Source of the DNA: Pseudomonadota bacterium
GTDB taxonomy: Bacteria > UBA10199 > 2-02-FULL-44-16 > JBDRGF01
DNA: 64,000 bases
Direction of reading: 5' to 3'
Assembly (NCBI GenBank): GCA_043818055.1
Contig: JBDRGF010000159.1
Location: forward strand, 1 to 64,000
Part shown: positions 18,774 to 29,999 of the stretch, piece by piece
Position numbering within the stretch: the first letter of the stretch is position 1
Layout of the letters: each line of letters starts with the position of its first letter
Notes under the pieces: model-generated
What the model saw: only the letters and a program-made list of their open reading frames with translations
The model's database searches: none
Told to the model about the DNA's origin: nothing
Translations under genes and position numbers: made by a program

Positions 18774-20207
18774 TTAATACCGGAAATGCATGTCGGCAAG
18801 AATACTATTAAAGTCCTTTTCAACATCTTTCCCTAACCGAAATACAAGACTCTCCAGATAAGAACTCTCAGAAAGCTGTCTTGACGCGGACTCAGTTAAA
18901 CTCATATCGATAAGCGCCCGCATCCAGCGTTCATCTACATTATACTTAACAAAAAAAGTGGTCATTTTTGTTAAATTTCTAATTTTTTTTGCTGTTTCCC
19001 GATCAAATCTAACAGATCCTTCGCCAGAATGCCACTCGTACTCGCATTTATCGTTTAACAAAACCCCATCATTGAGACATTTGTTGTAAAGTAAAGTGCC
19101 GGGATATAACATCAAAGGAAAACACGTAGTAAAGCCGCCTGGAGCAACACGTTGACAAAGTTTGATTGTATCAAGGGCGTCTCCAAGTGGATCTTGGACG
19201 GGAAGTCCGATTATCACTTCTAATTTTACTTTGATACCAAAACTACGAAGCCTTTCATAAGCTTTTTTAACCTGCTCTTCTTTTTGAAAAGTTCGATTGA
19301 AAAGGTTTAACGATTCTGGCCGCGCAGTCTGTACCCCCATTTGAACAGAACTTACAATCTTCGCCAAAGTGGTCAAAGCCTTATCAGATACCTTCATTAC
19401 AGTTTGAGGCGTCACATTGGCATATGTCGGCAAACCAATTTCCTTATTCCAAGCGTCCACAAATGATTCGATCCATGTTTCAGCCTCGGCACCTGCAAAA
19501 ATATCATCATCTTCCAACGACACTTCTCTCGTATCAAATTCAAGCAACACCTTAGCTTCTTTAATAAGCTCCTCTACGGGACGTCTCATCATCCAGTACT
19601 TATTATATTCAGTAGCACCATAATGCTTCCGAAGTAATGAAGTAGTACAATAAGAACAGTTATATAAACAACCAAAATGCGACATGATGTATTTGCGATG
19701 TCTGTTTGCCATACGGGGAATTGACAAGTAATAATCACGTACAGACGGGTACATTACTTGGCTATCTACAGGTTTTCCTATGATAGTGCCTTTGCGCTCA
19801 CTTTTTATAATTTTCTCCACTGTTCCGTACACCGGCCCTCTGACCAAAATATCGACTGCTTTACTTTCTATACATTCTGGAACGGCAAATGCATGCACAC
19901 CGCCAAATACTGTCGAAGCTTCCGGTAACGCCGATTTTATCTTCATTGCAAGCTCTTCTGACTTTGAAAAAAATGTTGATAACGGAGAAAAACAGACAAA
20001 ATTTGGCTTCCATTCCGATATTCTTGAAACCACATCAGGATCATCACCATCATACCATTTTACGTCATAGCCATGTCTTTCAAGCTCGCCGGCCACAAAT
20101 GTAAGACCGTAAGCCATATCATTACCTATGTGAATCAAAGCAAATTTTCTTGAATTCGATCTAATTTCTCCGACTGACGCCTTTGTTTTTTCACATGAGC
20201 AGTTCAA
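18774..20207 (-). CDS. B12-binding domain radical SAM protein
   Basis: GCLYNCSYC (CxxxCxxC); N-terminal VFGGVHA cobalamin-binding-like domain. Confidence 0.82.
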   Translation of the reverse strand: MNCSCEKTKASVGEIRSNSRKFALIHIGNDMAYGLTFVAGELERHGYDVKWYDGDDPDVVSRISEWKPNFVCFSPLSTFFSKSEELAMKIKSALPEASTVFGGVHAFAVPECIESKAVDILVRGPVYGTVEKIIKSERKGTIIGKPVDSQVMYPSVRDYYLSIPRMANRHRKYIMSHFGCLYNCSYCTTSLLRKHYGATEYNKYWMMRRPVEELIKEAKVLLEFDTREVSLEDDDIFAGAEAETWIESFVDAWNKEIGLPTYANVTPQTVMKVSDKALTTLAKIVSSVQMGVQTARPESLNLFNRTFQKEEQVKKAYERLRSFGIKVKLEVIIGLPVQDPLGDALDTIKLCQRVAPGGFTTCFPLMLYPGTLLYNKCLNDGVLLNDKCEYEWHSGEGSVRFDRETAKKIRNLTKMTTFFVKYNVDERWMRALIDMSLTESASRQLSESSYLESLVFRLGKDVEKDFNSILADMHFRY

Positions 20208-20220
20208 TAGCCACCTCCGA

Positions 20221-21294
20221 TTAAAAAGCTTTATTCATATAACGCGAAAAAGTGGATGTTACTATATGAGCATATTTCAGATATTTAAGAGGTACCAACA
20301 TTTTAAGCCTCGCTTTAGCAATATACAAAGGCATAGCATTAAACGCAATATTCAATTCAGAAACAGCATTATCATATAAAGTTGAACCTCTCAGAAAATC
20401 AAATCCCTTCTCAACCAAAAGACGGTATTTCAGCATATCGTCCATAACTAACTTTTTATTATGCATTATGCTTCTTACAACAACAGCACATATAACCGAT
20501 TTCAATATCGAAGATAAGTTTTTTTGGAAATCAACCTTCAGAGCATCCTTTGACAAAACCGTAATACTTTCTCGAATTAGATTTACCCCTGCTTCTTTAA
20601 ACAATGCTACATCACTACTTGAGCATGTCCATGACTTTTCATGCATACGAGTCGAAACCAATGGAGCATCTATATAAACAACTTCAGGCAACAAACCAGT
20701 TTTAATTAAAAGTAAATCTTCTGTATATAAAGCTGTTGGCCCGCTTGATAGCCGTTGAACACCGCCAATACTTCTAAGATAATCTGTATTATAAAACCCA
20801 CAACATCCCATCGCTTTTAACCCACCTGACAAATAAGCCCTTAGAAAAGCTCTCCCTGAAAACAACATGGCCCGTCCATCATTATATCTTTTGAACTTAT
20901 GAACATGGGAACCATAAATACCAAAATATGATGTAAACACAGATATTGGGAAATCAAACTTAGTCAAAGCAGCACAAGACTCATTTAAAAAAGTTGGCGC
21001 ACATGGGTCATCATCAAACTGCCATGTAAAATACTTACCATTAGCTCTGGTGAGCAAATAATTCATATTTTCCAACTCACCCATATTCCGTTTGTGATTG
21101 ATAATTTTAACTCTTGGATCGTCAATTCCCAACATCTCGAGCGAAAGGGAATCGTCCACAAAATCATTTCCAACAATAACTTCAAAATCAGTAAAGGTTT
21201 GCGCTAAAATAGATGAAAGAGTTTGTTTCAATAAATCTTTTCTCCTATAAGTTGGAACACCTATTGAAAAAAAAGGCTGTCCTGTGATCGCCAT
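20221..21294 (-). CDS. Glycosyltransferase family 2
   Basis: FSIGVPTYRR, DFEVIVGND and QFDDD. Confidence 0.85.
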   Translation of the reverse strand: MAITGQPFFSIGVPTYRRKDLLKQTLSSILAQTFTDFEVIVGNDFVDDSLSLEMLGIDDPRVKIINHKRNMGELENMNYLLTRANGKYFTWQFDDDPCAPTFLNESCAALTKFDFPISVFTSYFGIYGSHVHKFKRYNDGRAMLFSGRAFLRAYLSGGLKAMGCCGFYNTDYLRSIGGVQRLSSGPTALYTEDLLLIKTGLLPEVVYIDAPLVSTRMHEKSWTCSSSDVALFKEAGVNLIRESITVLSKDALKVDFQKNLSSILKSVICAVVVRSIMHNKKLVMDDMLKYRLLVEKGFDFLRGSTLYDNAVSELNIAFNAMPLYIAKARLKMLVPLKYLKYAHIVTSTFSRYMNKAF

Positions 21295-21317
21295 CCTAAC
21301 TCCCCTTGTTATTAATT

Positions 21318-22187
21318 CTATGGTCTGTTTGCCGAAAACACGATATCCTTCAAATGCCGCAGTGTCATTAAAGAATATTTTTTGTCGCTTACGGTATAAA
21401 ATTGACAGACAGCCCGCTTTATGAGCCTAATATAGAATATGAAATTTTCCATTTTCGATCCATAAGATTTCATAAAAAGTGTTTCAGCTTTGAGAATATT
21501 TAAATATCTTTTTTCATTCATGAATTTATCATAGTTTCTTACGGAAAGCTCGTGTTCAACAATCGAATCCATTACATAAATCTTATTGCCTATTTTGTTG
21601 ATAGAATAAAACATCCATCTATCTAAGCAGTCCATCCAAAACACTTCATTAAATCCACCGATTTTTTGCAAAACGGGAACTCTGACAGTGCTTCCAGAAC
21701 CGATGGCACAGGCGTTTTTAAACATACAAATACCTCTGTGTCGCCTGTCTATCGCCCTGACTATCCCGCCAAACCAAATCCTTGTCGGAGAAAATATATT
21801 ATTCTTAAAGCACATCTTTGGAACAACGGCGGCAATCTCGTCATTATCACCAACCTTGGAAAGATTATCCATCAGGCTGACAATAAAATCATCCGGCAAT
21901 GATGAATCTTGATCCAAAAGAAGCAACCAGTCGCAGAAAGCATTAACCGCTTTACTCAACGCGTAATTGTACGCAACTGCCAAGCCTTTGTTGGTGTTGT
22001 CATGAACATATTCGCATTTAAATACTGTGAAATCCAGACTTTGTATTGATGGACTATTATCGTAGACAATAAAGTTTATTTTCTCAAATGATTGAGAATC
22101 TCTCATATAATTCTTCAACAGGGAAATATATGTTTTACTATTCTCAATTACACAATTATAAACCACTATAATGACCGTTAAACTCAT
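21318..22187 (-). CDS. Glycosyltransferase family 2 (rhamnosyltransferase-like)
   Basis: VYDNS, NKGLAVAYN, LLDQDS and GGFNEVFWMD. Confidence 0.85.
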   Translation of the reverse strand: MSLTVIIVVYNCVIENSKTYISLLKNYMRDSQSFEKINFIVYDNSPSIQSLDFTVFKCEYVHDNTNKGLAVAYNYALSKAVNAFCDWLLLLDQDSSLPDDFIVSLMDNLSKVGDNDEIAAVVPKMCFKNNIFSPTRIWFGGIVRAIDRRHRGICMFKNACAIGSGSTVRVPVLQKIGGFNEVFWMDCLDRWMFYSINKIGNKIYVMDSIVEHELSVRNYDKFMNEKRYLNILKAETLFMKSYGSKMENFIFYIRLIKRAVCQFYTVSDKKYSLMTLRHLKDIVFSANRP

Positions 22188-23935
22188 GGTCTACCCCGAC
22201 ACAATTTTTCTCTTAGCACAAACATCTTATTTTGGATTCGTCTAAACAAGCTTCTACATTTACGCGGAATGCAACCTAACAATGCAATAATAAAATATGA
22301 GTTGCAGTACAATAATATATTTATACTTACTGCGTGTCGAAAATCACTTATTCCATACACAGCATTAGCTATAGAACTCTCCAACTTACAAAAACGATCA
22401 AAATCTTTTTTGTTAAGCAAAACATTTAGACTTGATGCAATTCTTATAATTAACAATCTCATCGAATGGGTTTTTAAAGCCGATGTCACATCAGGAATGT
22501 TCTTCAACGCTACAAGAAAATTATATATAGCCCTGATCACCATCACATTAAGATCAATTTTATCGCGCCATTCCCACTCAGCATCAATAAAAATGCATTT
22601 ATTATCAAATATAAAACAGTTACTCCACAAACAATCCAAATACTTTCCATCAAGTAGTTCCACTCCCATCTCCTTCGTGCATAACGATTTAAGATAGTAA
22701 AGCCACAATTTGCATGGAGCAAATATATCCTCTATAGAAACATTTATTTCTCTAACCCTCTTCAATATCTGCGCATGCAACGTCGGCTCGTTCAGCCATT
22801 CATCTTTACATGTATGAAGTGACATCTTTCCCAACGTCACTACTTCAAGACCACATTGAGGTACTTTATTTACAAATATTCTTTTATTTTCGCATTCAAG
22901 AATTCTGGTCACTGTTTGAAATTCGCTAATTCGATTTTCACTATAAGCCAAACCAAGTTGGTCAAATTTAATCGATGATATGTTATGCCTGCCAGCTATA
23001 ACCAAGAATGAATTAGAAAAGAAAGGGAGTTGGTTGTTTTTATCTAGTTCTAAGAGAGCGATATTTTCATCGAATAATGGTTTTCTACGGCCTGAGTAAT
23101 CTCGCGGCCTATAAAGACCCGCAAGCTCACCCGCTTTTATTTTATTGAAAGCCCTCTCCGCTAAAACACATGATGGTATTTTATAATCTGGGTACGGAAA
23201 ATAAAATTCGACATTTTCATAGTATTTTTTAAGTCTTGATCGCAACTCATAATAACCAAACGTCCGTCCTCTGTTTTTAAAACGGGGATACCCTTCTATG
23301 CCATCGAACATAACATCCGTATGGTCTTCGCTACTCGATGAAAAGTATTTCAATCCAAACTGGTTTTCAATTGCCAGAACGACTACTCCATCTGGTGTTA
23401 AAATATCTTTAAAATACTCAAGAATGTAATCATAAGGATTATCTTTATTCACAAAAGCATTTGAATACTCAAAAACGCCGACACAAAAAATTATATCGAA
23501 AGGCTCTTTAAAATCCACCTCGTGAAATGGGGCACAAAGCACCGAAACATTGTTCATATCCTTTGTGCGCAAACGCGCCAAACGTGCTCTACTCTCGCTA
23601 CCTTCAACGGCAACAACATCATCGAATGTTTCTGCAAGAAAGCGAGTGATTGCTCCGCAACCGCAACCAACCTCCAACACTTTTTTTGTTCTATCATACT
23701 CAAAACCACGAAGAAGTTGCGTTCGTTTTCTCGACAAATGATATTCGCTTGACCAATCCCTAATGTAGCGTTCTAGTTCGTACGACTTTGAGCTCAAATC
23801 AGTCGCTTTCCTAAATACCTTTTCGAGGTAATTCTCAAAGAAACGACCCTCTGAGTAATTTATCGTATTTCCGTTAGCAAGAACCCAAACTGACCCATCG
23901 TTAAGCTCTATTTTGTTATTAACTCTTTTTTTCAT
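22184..23935 (-). CDS. Class I SAM-dependent methyltransferase with C-terminal extension
   Basis: VLEVGCGCGAITR, GVFEY and AIENQFGLKYF. Confidence 0.8.
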   Translation of the reverse strand: MKKRVNNKIELNDGSVWVLANGNTINYSEGRFFENYLEKVFRKATDLSSKSYELERYIRDWSSEYHLSRKRTQLLRGFEYDRTKKVLEVGCGCGAITRFLAETFDDVVAVEGSESRARLARLRTKDMNNVSVLCAPFHEVDFKEPFDIIFCVGVFEYSNAFVNKDNPYDYILEYFKDILTPDGVVVLAIENQFGLKYFSSSSEDHTDVMFDGIEGYPRFKNRGRTFGYYELRSRLKKYYENVEFYFPYPDYKIPSCVLAERAFNKIKAGELAGLYRPRDYSGRRKPLFDENIALLELDKNNQLPFFSNSFLVIAGRHNISSIKFDQLGLAYSENRISEFQTVTRILECENKRIFVNKVPQCGLEVVTLGKMSLHTCKDEWLNEPTLHAQILKRVREINVSIEDIFAPCKLWLYYLKSLCTKEMGVELLDGKYLDCLWSNCFIFDNKCIFIDAEWEWRDKIDLNVMVIRAIYNFLVALKNIPDVTSALKTHSMRLLIIRIASSLNVLLNKKDFDRFCKLESSIANAVYGISDFRHAVSINILLYCNSYFIIALLGCIPRKCRSLFRRIQNKMFVLREKLCRGRP

Positions 23936-23939
23936 ATAC

Positions 23940-25466
23940 CTATTCTCCGGCTAAGTTGGTTTGACTTTCGCAGACAAGCACAGGTCTGAAAAGTTGAATA
24001 CGGACTCGAATTCCTAGTGAAGTTAGAGTATTATTAATTATTCCTACAAGTGATTCTCCGAGAAGACTTGGAACAAACGAGACTATTAATAAAACCGAAA
24101 TTACACTACTGCCAAGAACAACACAAAGAAACATCATATTGGATGATGTTAGTTGCCGGACTGTTGTAACAATTGGTAAAATAGTTAGTAACAATAAACT
24201 ACCGATTATAATTCCATGTGTGTATAGTTTAAAATAATCTTTCAATCTGAATCTGACGATTGATTTACTTAATTGTATCATTAAAATATAGCCAATTACG
24301 TTAGCTATATCAACCGCAATGGCCACGCCTTTCAAACCGAAAAATGTTCCCACCCAGCTAAATGATATGATTACGAGTGCAGTTATTGCCTTTCGCACGG
24401 CACTTGCATATACGGCACCGGTTGCACGCACAAGAGTATCGGAGATGGTTATAAATATTCTACAAACAATAGTGAGTAACAAAATGCGGAATGGCCAAAT
24501 GGAAGCTGACCAGTTAGGACCCAATAAAGTGTAAATTATTTCGGGTGCAATTAGAAACATCAGCACAGTTAGCGGAATTAAAGCAGTACTTACAATGCTC
24601 GTAGAAGTAAAGTAAGCTTTTTCTAACCTTCCTGCTTGGCTTTGAACTTGAGACATTGCTGGAAAAAGAGCTTTGTCCAGGACAAGATTAAGATGCTGAC
24701 CGGGCATCGACATAATTGAAGACGCCCTGTCATAGAAGCCTAAAGATGTAGAACCTAAAAAATGACCAATAATGAAATAATCACCTTGTGAGGCAATGCT
24801 ATCAAATACTCTTGTTAACGTCAGACCTCCACCATAAGTCAGAAGTTCTTTATACTCGCTGCCAATTATAAATGGCCTCAAGGAGCCTGGTCTTATAAAC
24901 AATAAACACGCTGTTTGCAGACAACATTGAGTTAATTTTCCCACAACAATTGCCCATGCCCCAGATCCATGCATTGCCATTAAAATACCAACTAGAGCAT
25001 ACCCAAACACATATGAACCAACATCAATCCACATTAGGATATCAAACCTCATCTCCCGCTCTATGCGAGAACGGGAAACAATGCCTATTTTGGTAATCAA
25101 CGCCGAAACCGCAATCCATCTTATTATACTTATAAGACTTTCAGCCTTAAAAAAGGTCGCAATTAGTGGTGCGCACAACCATAATATCAACACAAAGAAG
25201 GTACCCAATATTATCGATAGAAAAAAACCTGCCCTTATATGTTTTTCAGTTAATTCCTCTTTTTGAATTATTGCCGGGCCAATACCAGCATCGGCAAACA
25301 TATCCACAAAAATCATCACCATATTGGCCATGGCTATGTAGCCGAATTCTCTGGGCAAAACATATCGCGCCAATACTGCTAATACCAATAATTGCAAGAC
25401 ACCCTTTGCGACAACAGCCACAAGTTGCCAGCTTCCCGCTTTTATGGTTCGGTGTGTTAGAGTCAT
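23940..25466 (-). CDS. wzx: Polysaccharide flippase (Wzx, PST family)
   Basis: About 12-14 TMs; LARYVLPREFG and DAGIGPAIIQK. Confidence 0.88.
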   Translation of the reverse strand: MTLTHRTIKAGSWQLVAVVAKGVLQLLVLAVLARYVLPREFGYIAMANMVMIFVDMFADAGIGPAIIQKEELTEKHIRAGFFLSIILGTFFVLILWLCAPLIATFFKAESLISIIRWIAVSALITKIGIVSRSRIEREMRFDILMWIDVGSYVFGYALVGILMAMHGSGAWAIVVGKLTQCCLQTACLLFIRPGSLRPFIIGSEYKELLTYGGGLTLTRVFDSIASQGDYFIIGHFLGSTSLGFYDRASSIMSMPGQHLNLVLDKALFPAMSQVQSQAGRLEKAYFTSTSIVSTALIPLTVLMFLIAPEIIYTLLGPNWSASIWPFRILLLTIVCRIFITISDTLVRATGAVYASAVRKAITALVIISFSWVGTFFGLKGVAIAVDIANVIGYILMIQLSKSIVRFRLKDYFKLYTHGIIIGSLLLLTILPIVTTVRQLTSSNMMFLCVVLGSSVISVLLIVSFVPSLLGESLVGIINNTLTSLGIRVRIQLFRPVLVCESQTNLAGE

Positions 25467-26398
25467 TATACCCGCATGTTCTTAATTAAACTAATCGTAT
25501 CTGATATGCCGATATCCAGGTTGCCATTAAAAAGAAAATCCCTTGATTTAAACTTAGAGTTCGAAACATTATATGAAAGCTGGTTCATTATTTGAGAATC
25601 CACAAATTCAATCTTCAGATCAGAAACATGTTTCTTTATGATCTCTATAATATCATTCACAGTGGAATTGACTGTAACAATGTTATAAGTTTGTTTGTCA
25701 AACATGTTTCTTTTAATAACAAAATCTATAGCCCTAACTGCATCACCAAGATCAAGATATGGCCTCTTCTGGTACAATGCGGTCCGCCAAACGGTTATTG
25801 GCTGAGCAAGACATGCCTGCCAACAGAACTTGTTAATCGCGGTATGAAAACGCATCCCCAAAGACGTACCGAAGATCGTGCCAAAACGTCCAACAAAGTA
25901 CTTCAAACCATGCTCATCACCAAACTTTTTCAACATTTGTTCAGCACGAAGCTTGCTTGACGCGTATGGACTTTGTGGTTTTAATTCCTCGATCGAACAA
26001 TTTTCATCAACGACCGCTTCTTGAGTTCCATAAACACTCGTTGTTGAAAAAAACATTATTTTACTCCCAGTCTCTAAACATGCCTTCGCAACACGTTCCG
26101 TCCCCTCATAATTAACCTTTTCAACCTGATCCTGAATATCGAAACTTCCTGCCGCATTTGTGATAGCCGCTAAGTGAATTACACAATCTATGCCATCACA
26201 ATAATGCACCATATCAGCAGTACAAACATCATCCTCCACAAACTTAAATGGCACTCCCTTGGAAAGGTTGAATAGAGAGCTGTAGCGCTGTGTCGATAAA
26301 TTATCCAATAGAACAACTTTTTCAAACTCACCAGGTTTAATAGAGTGGATAAAACGAGATCCAATATGACCTAAAGCTCCTGTTATTAAAATTTTCAT
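25466..26398 (-). CDS. NAD-dependent epimerase/dehydratase (extended SDR)
   Basis: ITGALGHIG and YASSK. Confidence 0.85.
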   Translation of the reverse strand: MKILITGALGHIGSRFIHSIKPGEFEKVVLLDNLSTQRYSSLFNLSKGVPFKFVEDDVCTADMVHYCDGIDCVIHLAAITNAAGSFDIQDQVEKVNYEGTERVAKACLETGSKIMFFSTTSVYGTQEAVVDENCSIEELKPQSPYASSKLRAEQMLKKFGDEHGLKYFVGRFGTIFGTSLGMRFHTAINKFCWQACLAQPITVWRTALYQKRPYLDLGDAVRAIDFVIKRNMFDKQTYNIVTVNSTVNDIIEIIKKHVSDLKIEFVDSQIMNQLSYNVSNSKFKSRDFLFNGNLDIGISDTISLIKNMRV

Positions 26399-26440
26399 TT
26401 TTCGTCCTTTGCTTGAGTTGTTTTCGTTTTACCTTATTTA

Positions 26441-27463
26441 CTAAACATATTCACTGAGGCAGTTTTTAAAATATGTTTTAGATTTCTGAAGACCTTCATC
26501 TAAACTATATTTTGGACACCAATTCATAAATTCCTTGATTCTTTTGTTACTGATAACCGCATCCCCAAGCTCCATTGACTTGCGCTCCTTCGGCCAAGAG
26601 ATATATTTCACACAACCACTACCAATATTATGCACAGTCCTTTCTGCAATTTGTGCCACGCTATAATGATTATCGCCTACTGCAAAAAAAGTTTTACCAT
26701 TCGAATCCTGTGATTCAGCAGCAGTAACCAGGGCGTCGACTGCATCCTCCACATAAAGAACATTTCGTAGCTGTTTTCCATCCCCATATACTGTGATATC
26801 CTTGTCTTGAAGTGATAAACCAATAAAATAATTATTGAAAGTAAACTCTGGGCTATGGATAGACGCCCGGGGGCCAAATACATTAGCGAGTCTAACAACT
26901 GTTGCGCGTAAACCATAAGCACGTGCGTATATTAGTACATATTTTTCTGAAACACTTTTATTGGCCGAATATATGTCGGTTGGAAATTCGGGATGATCTT
27001 CATCTGCAGGGTTGTAACGTAACGGACCTAACTGAGTGCTTGTCCCAATGTGAACCAATTTTGCCTCCGAATTAAAACGTTTTATCGCCTCTATAAGATT
27101 TACGACGGCCCTGCTGTTTATATCAAGGTCCAACCATGGTTCACGCATAGAAAAAGGATGCGACGTAGAAGCTGCGCAATTAAAAATTACGTCTTGACAA
27201 CATACATGATCAGATAACAAATCAAAATTCATGAGATCATGAAAATGCAGTTCAATAACGTCTTTAATATCTTTGACATTATAGAGATTACCTCCAGAGT
27301 GAGGGTCTAAGTTGTCATAGATCGAAACTTTTGCTCCAAGCTCCACACAACGATGAGCAAGGTTACTGCCTATAAATCCCAATCCTCCAGTAATTAAAAC
27401 CCTTTTACCTGCCATACCTGACACTGCACTTTTTTCGATCATATACACCTCATTGACTAACAA
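26441..27463 (-). CDS. NAD-dependent epimerase/dehydratase (extended SDR)
   Basis: ITGGLGFIGSNL, YSANK and RLANVFGP. Confidence 0.85.
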   Translation of the reverse strand: MLVNEVYMIEKSAVSGMAGKRVLITGGLGFIGSNLAHRCVELGAKVSIYDNLDPHSGGNLYNVKDIKDVIELHFHDLMNFDLLSDHVCCQDVIFNCAASTSHPFSMREPWLDLDINSRAVVNLIEAIKRFNSEAKLVHIGTSTQLGPLRYNPADEDHPEFPTDIYSANKSVSEKYVLIYARAYGLRATVVRLANVFGPRASIHSPEFTFNNYFIGLSLQDKDITVYGDGKQLRNVLYVEDAVDALVTAAESQDSNGKTFFAVGDNHYSVAQIAERTVHNIGSGCVKYISWPKERKSMELGDAVISNKRIKEFMNWCPKYSLDEGLQKSKTYFKNCLSEYV

Positions 27464-27481
27464 ATTGAACTGTCGATTTGT

Positions 27482-28468
27482 TTAGCAATAAACATCTATC
27501 ATTAGATCTATTCCATCTTTAAGAGAAACTTTTGCTCGCCAACTTGTAGCCTCAGTAAAACAATCAGTCTTGGCAACAAAATTACGCTCTTCTATGGGTG
27601 AAAGATTACTCGGAGGATCAATATGAGTAACTTTAATCTCTTTACCAGTTTTGAGTCTTGCTCGTTCCGCAACCAGATTCACAGCATCGGCAATAGTATA
27701 TGCATCACCACTACCAATAACAAAATGCCGACCGTTGGCCATATCAATATTCGAAGCAGCGCTCAAGAAAGCAAATACAACGTCGTCCACATAGACATAA
27801 TCTCTAATAAACTTTCCATCTCCATAAATAGTTAGTTCTTCACCTTGCAATGCCTTACGCACCATCATATTCAATACACCTCTGTCGGCACTACTACTGC
27901 GTGGGCCAGGGCCATAGACATTTGCTAGTCGTAAAATTGAGCCAAAAACAACCCCCCTATTAATATAGTGTTTTAAATACTTTTCAGACATCAACTTATG
28001 CATGTCATAGACTGTAATTGGATTGTCTGGGTAGTTCTCATCAATTGGAATATGCTGTGTCAAACCAACCTCGGTCGCAGTTCCTGAAAAAATAATGATA
28101 GGTTTATATTGATTTTGACGACACGTTTCCAACAAATTCAACATTGGCATAACATTAATATTTAGGTCGGATCTTGGATCATTTTCTGCAACATAAACAC
28201 TGGTTTGTGCGGCAAAATGAAAAACTATATCCACACCTTTTAATATCTGTTTCCAGGTTGTGCTATCACAAATATTCGCACAAACATCTTCAATTTGTGC
28301 AACTCCAGCGACCTGTTGAAATGATATACCCGGTTTATCCAATCTAATTATATAGCAATCCAAGTTCCGCAATGAACTAATCACATTAGTTGCTAAGTAG
28401 CCAGCACCACCAGTTATCAAAATTCTTTTGTTCTTGAAGAAATTCATCTGATTGAAACTGTGAACCAA
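27482..28468 (-). CDS. NAD-dependent epimerase/dehydratase (extended SDR)
   Basis: ITGGAGYLA, YDMHK and RLANVYGP. Confidence 0.85.
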   Translation of the reverse strand: MVHSFNQMNFFKNKRILITGGAGYLATNVISSLRNLDCYIIRLDKPGISFQQVAGVAQIEDVCANICDSTTWKQILKGVDIVFHFAAQTSVYVAENDPRSDLNINVMPMLNLLETCRQNQYKPIIIFSGTATEVGLTQHIPIDENYPDNPITVYDMHKLMSEKYLKHYINRGVVFGSILRLANVYGPGPRSSSADRGVLNMMVRKALQGEELTIYGDGKFIRDYVYVDDVVFAFLSAASNIDMANGRHFVIGSGDAYTIADAVNLVAERARLKTGKEIKVTHIDPPSNLSPIEERNFVAKTDCFTEATSWRAKVSLKDGIDLMIDVYC

Positions 28469-28899
28469 TCATAAACATCGTGTAATTTATCACAGGAAAT
28501 ACGAATTTCCTCCTGCAAATCATATGTACCCGATGTAACATAAATCACGTTTGCTGGTCCCCCAATACATTGATAGCCATGCAAGACTCCAGGTGGAAAT
28601 GAATACACCCTCGTATTTTGATTATCTCCAACCAAAAATTCCATCTTTTCCCTATATGTTTGGGAGTCAGGGCGATTATCACATAACACCACTTTTAATA
28701 GTCCGTTAACAACATAATTCCACTGCGTCTGTTTTTTATGTGCATGCCAAGCCTTTACAACTGCAGGATAAACAAGAGAGTGGCTAAGTTGACCAAAGCC
28801 ATCTTTAAAAAATCCATCAGTCACACGAATGATCTCACGAAAAAAGCCACGATCATCGGCATGCGTCACCAACTCCTTAAATTCAACTCCACTTATCAT
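28444..28899 (-). CDS. dTDP-4-dehydrorhamnose 3,5-epimerase family cupin
   Basis: DDRGFFRE, KAWHAH and PPGVLHGY. Confidence 0.82.
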   Translation of the reverse strand: MISGVEFKELVTHADDRGFFREIIRVTDGFFKDGFGQLSHSLVYPAVVKAWHAHKKQTQWNYVVNGLLKVVLCDNRPDSQTYREKMEFLVGDNQNTRVYSFPPGVLHGYQCIGGPANVIYVTSGTYDLQEEIRISCDKLHDVYDWFTVSIR

Positions 28900-29999
28900 T
28901 TTTTCTCCATAAACCTTTGAATCACGGCTGCAACTGTCGCTAGTTCCGATGTCTTCAATTCGGGATACATCGGCAATGAAAGAACTTCATTTGCAATTTT
29001 TTCAGTATTCACAAGCTCGTCTGAACCCTTTAAACGCTTCAAATAGGCTGGCTGAAGATGTACTGGTACTGGGTAATGTACCAACGAGCCGACTCCATTA
29101 TCCTTGAGATATTGCTGTAATTTATCACGTTCAGAAGATCTTATAACATATAAGTGATATACATGAGTGGATTCTTCGCGTTTCTTTGGTAAAATAATAT
29201 TATGATTTACTAATAACTGATCGTATTTAGATGCCAACATTGATCTAAGTTCATTATCTTTATCTAGTGTACGTAATTTTATTCTTAGTATTGCAGCCTG
29301 CAATTCATCTAGTCTTGAATTCCAGCCTGATATTTTACTAACATAACGGTCAGCCCATCCATATTCACGCAACAATTTTGCTTTTTGCGCTATCTCTCCA
29401 TCATTGGTGACCAACATACCACCATCACCTAATGCACCTAAATTTTTGGTGGGATAGAAACTAAAACAAGCAGCATCGCCCCATGAACCAACTCGTCGCC
29501 CATGACACATCGCCCCAGTTGCCTGAGCACAATCTTCGATAACCTTCAATTTATTAGCGCGTGCTACGTCAATTATAGAGATCATGTCAACAGGCAAACC
29601 ATAGAGATGAACAGGAATAATCGCTTTAGTTTTTGTACTAATCGCCTTTTCAATTTTCAATGGATCCAAAACATAAAATTTTGGATCAATATCAACTAAA
29701 ACTGGTGTTGCGCCCGCAAGTTCGATAGCGGCTATTGTTGCAACAGCAGTATGAGCAACAGTAATAACTTCATGACCTGGCCCAATACCACATGCCCTTA
29801 AAGCAACGTGTAAAGCTTCAGTTCCGCTGCCAACCCCAACCCCAAACTTTACTCCAACATAATTAGAGAATTCTGATTCGAATAATTTGCATTCCTCTCC
29901 AGATATATACCATCCCTTCTCCAAAACATTAGAGATTGCAGAGACAATTTCATCCTTGTGTGATAAATATTGTATTTTAGGATTACTGCAGTGTATCAT
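28896..29999 (-). CDS. DegT/DnrJ/EryC1/StrS aminotransferase
   Basis: EDCAQATG, SFYPTKNLGALGDGG and NSRLDELQAAIL. Confidence 0.92.
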   Translation of the reverse strand: MIHCSNPKIQYLSHKDEIVSAISNVLEKGWYISGEECKLFESEFSNYVGVKFGVGVGSGTEALHVALRACGIGPGHEVITVAHTAVATIAAIELAGATPVLVDIDPKFYVLDPLKIEKAISTKTKAIIPVHLYGLPVDMISIIDVARANKLKVIEDCAQATGAMCHGRRVGSWGDAACFSFYPTKNLGALGDGGMLVTNDGEIAQKAKLLREYGWADRYVSKISGWNSRLDELQAAILRIKLRTLDKDNELRSMLASKYDQLLVNHNIILPKKREESTHVYHLYVIRSSERDKLQQYLKDNGVGSLVHYPVPVHLQPAYLKRLKGSDELVNTEKIANEVLSLPMYPELKTSELATVAAVIQRFMEKK

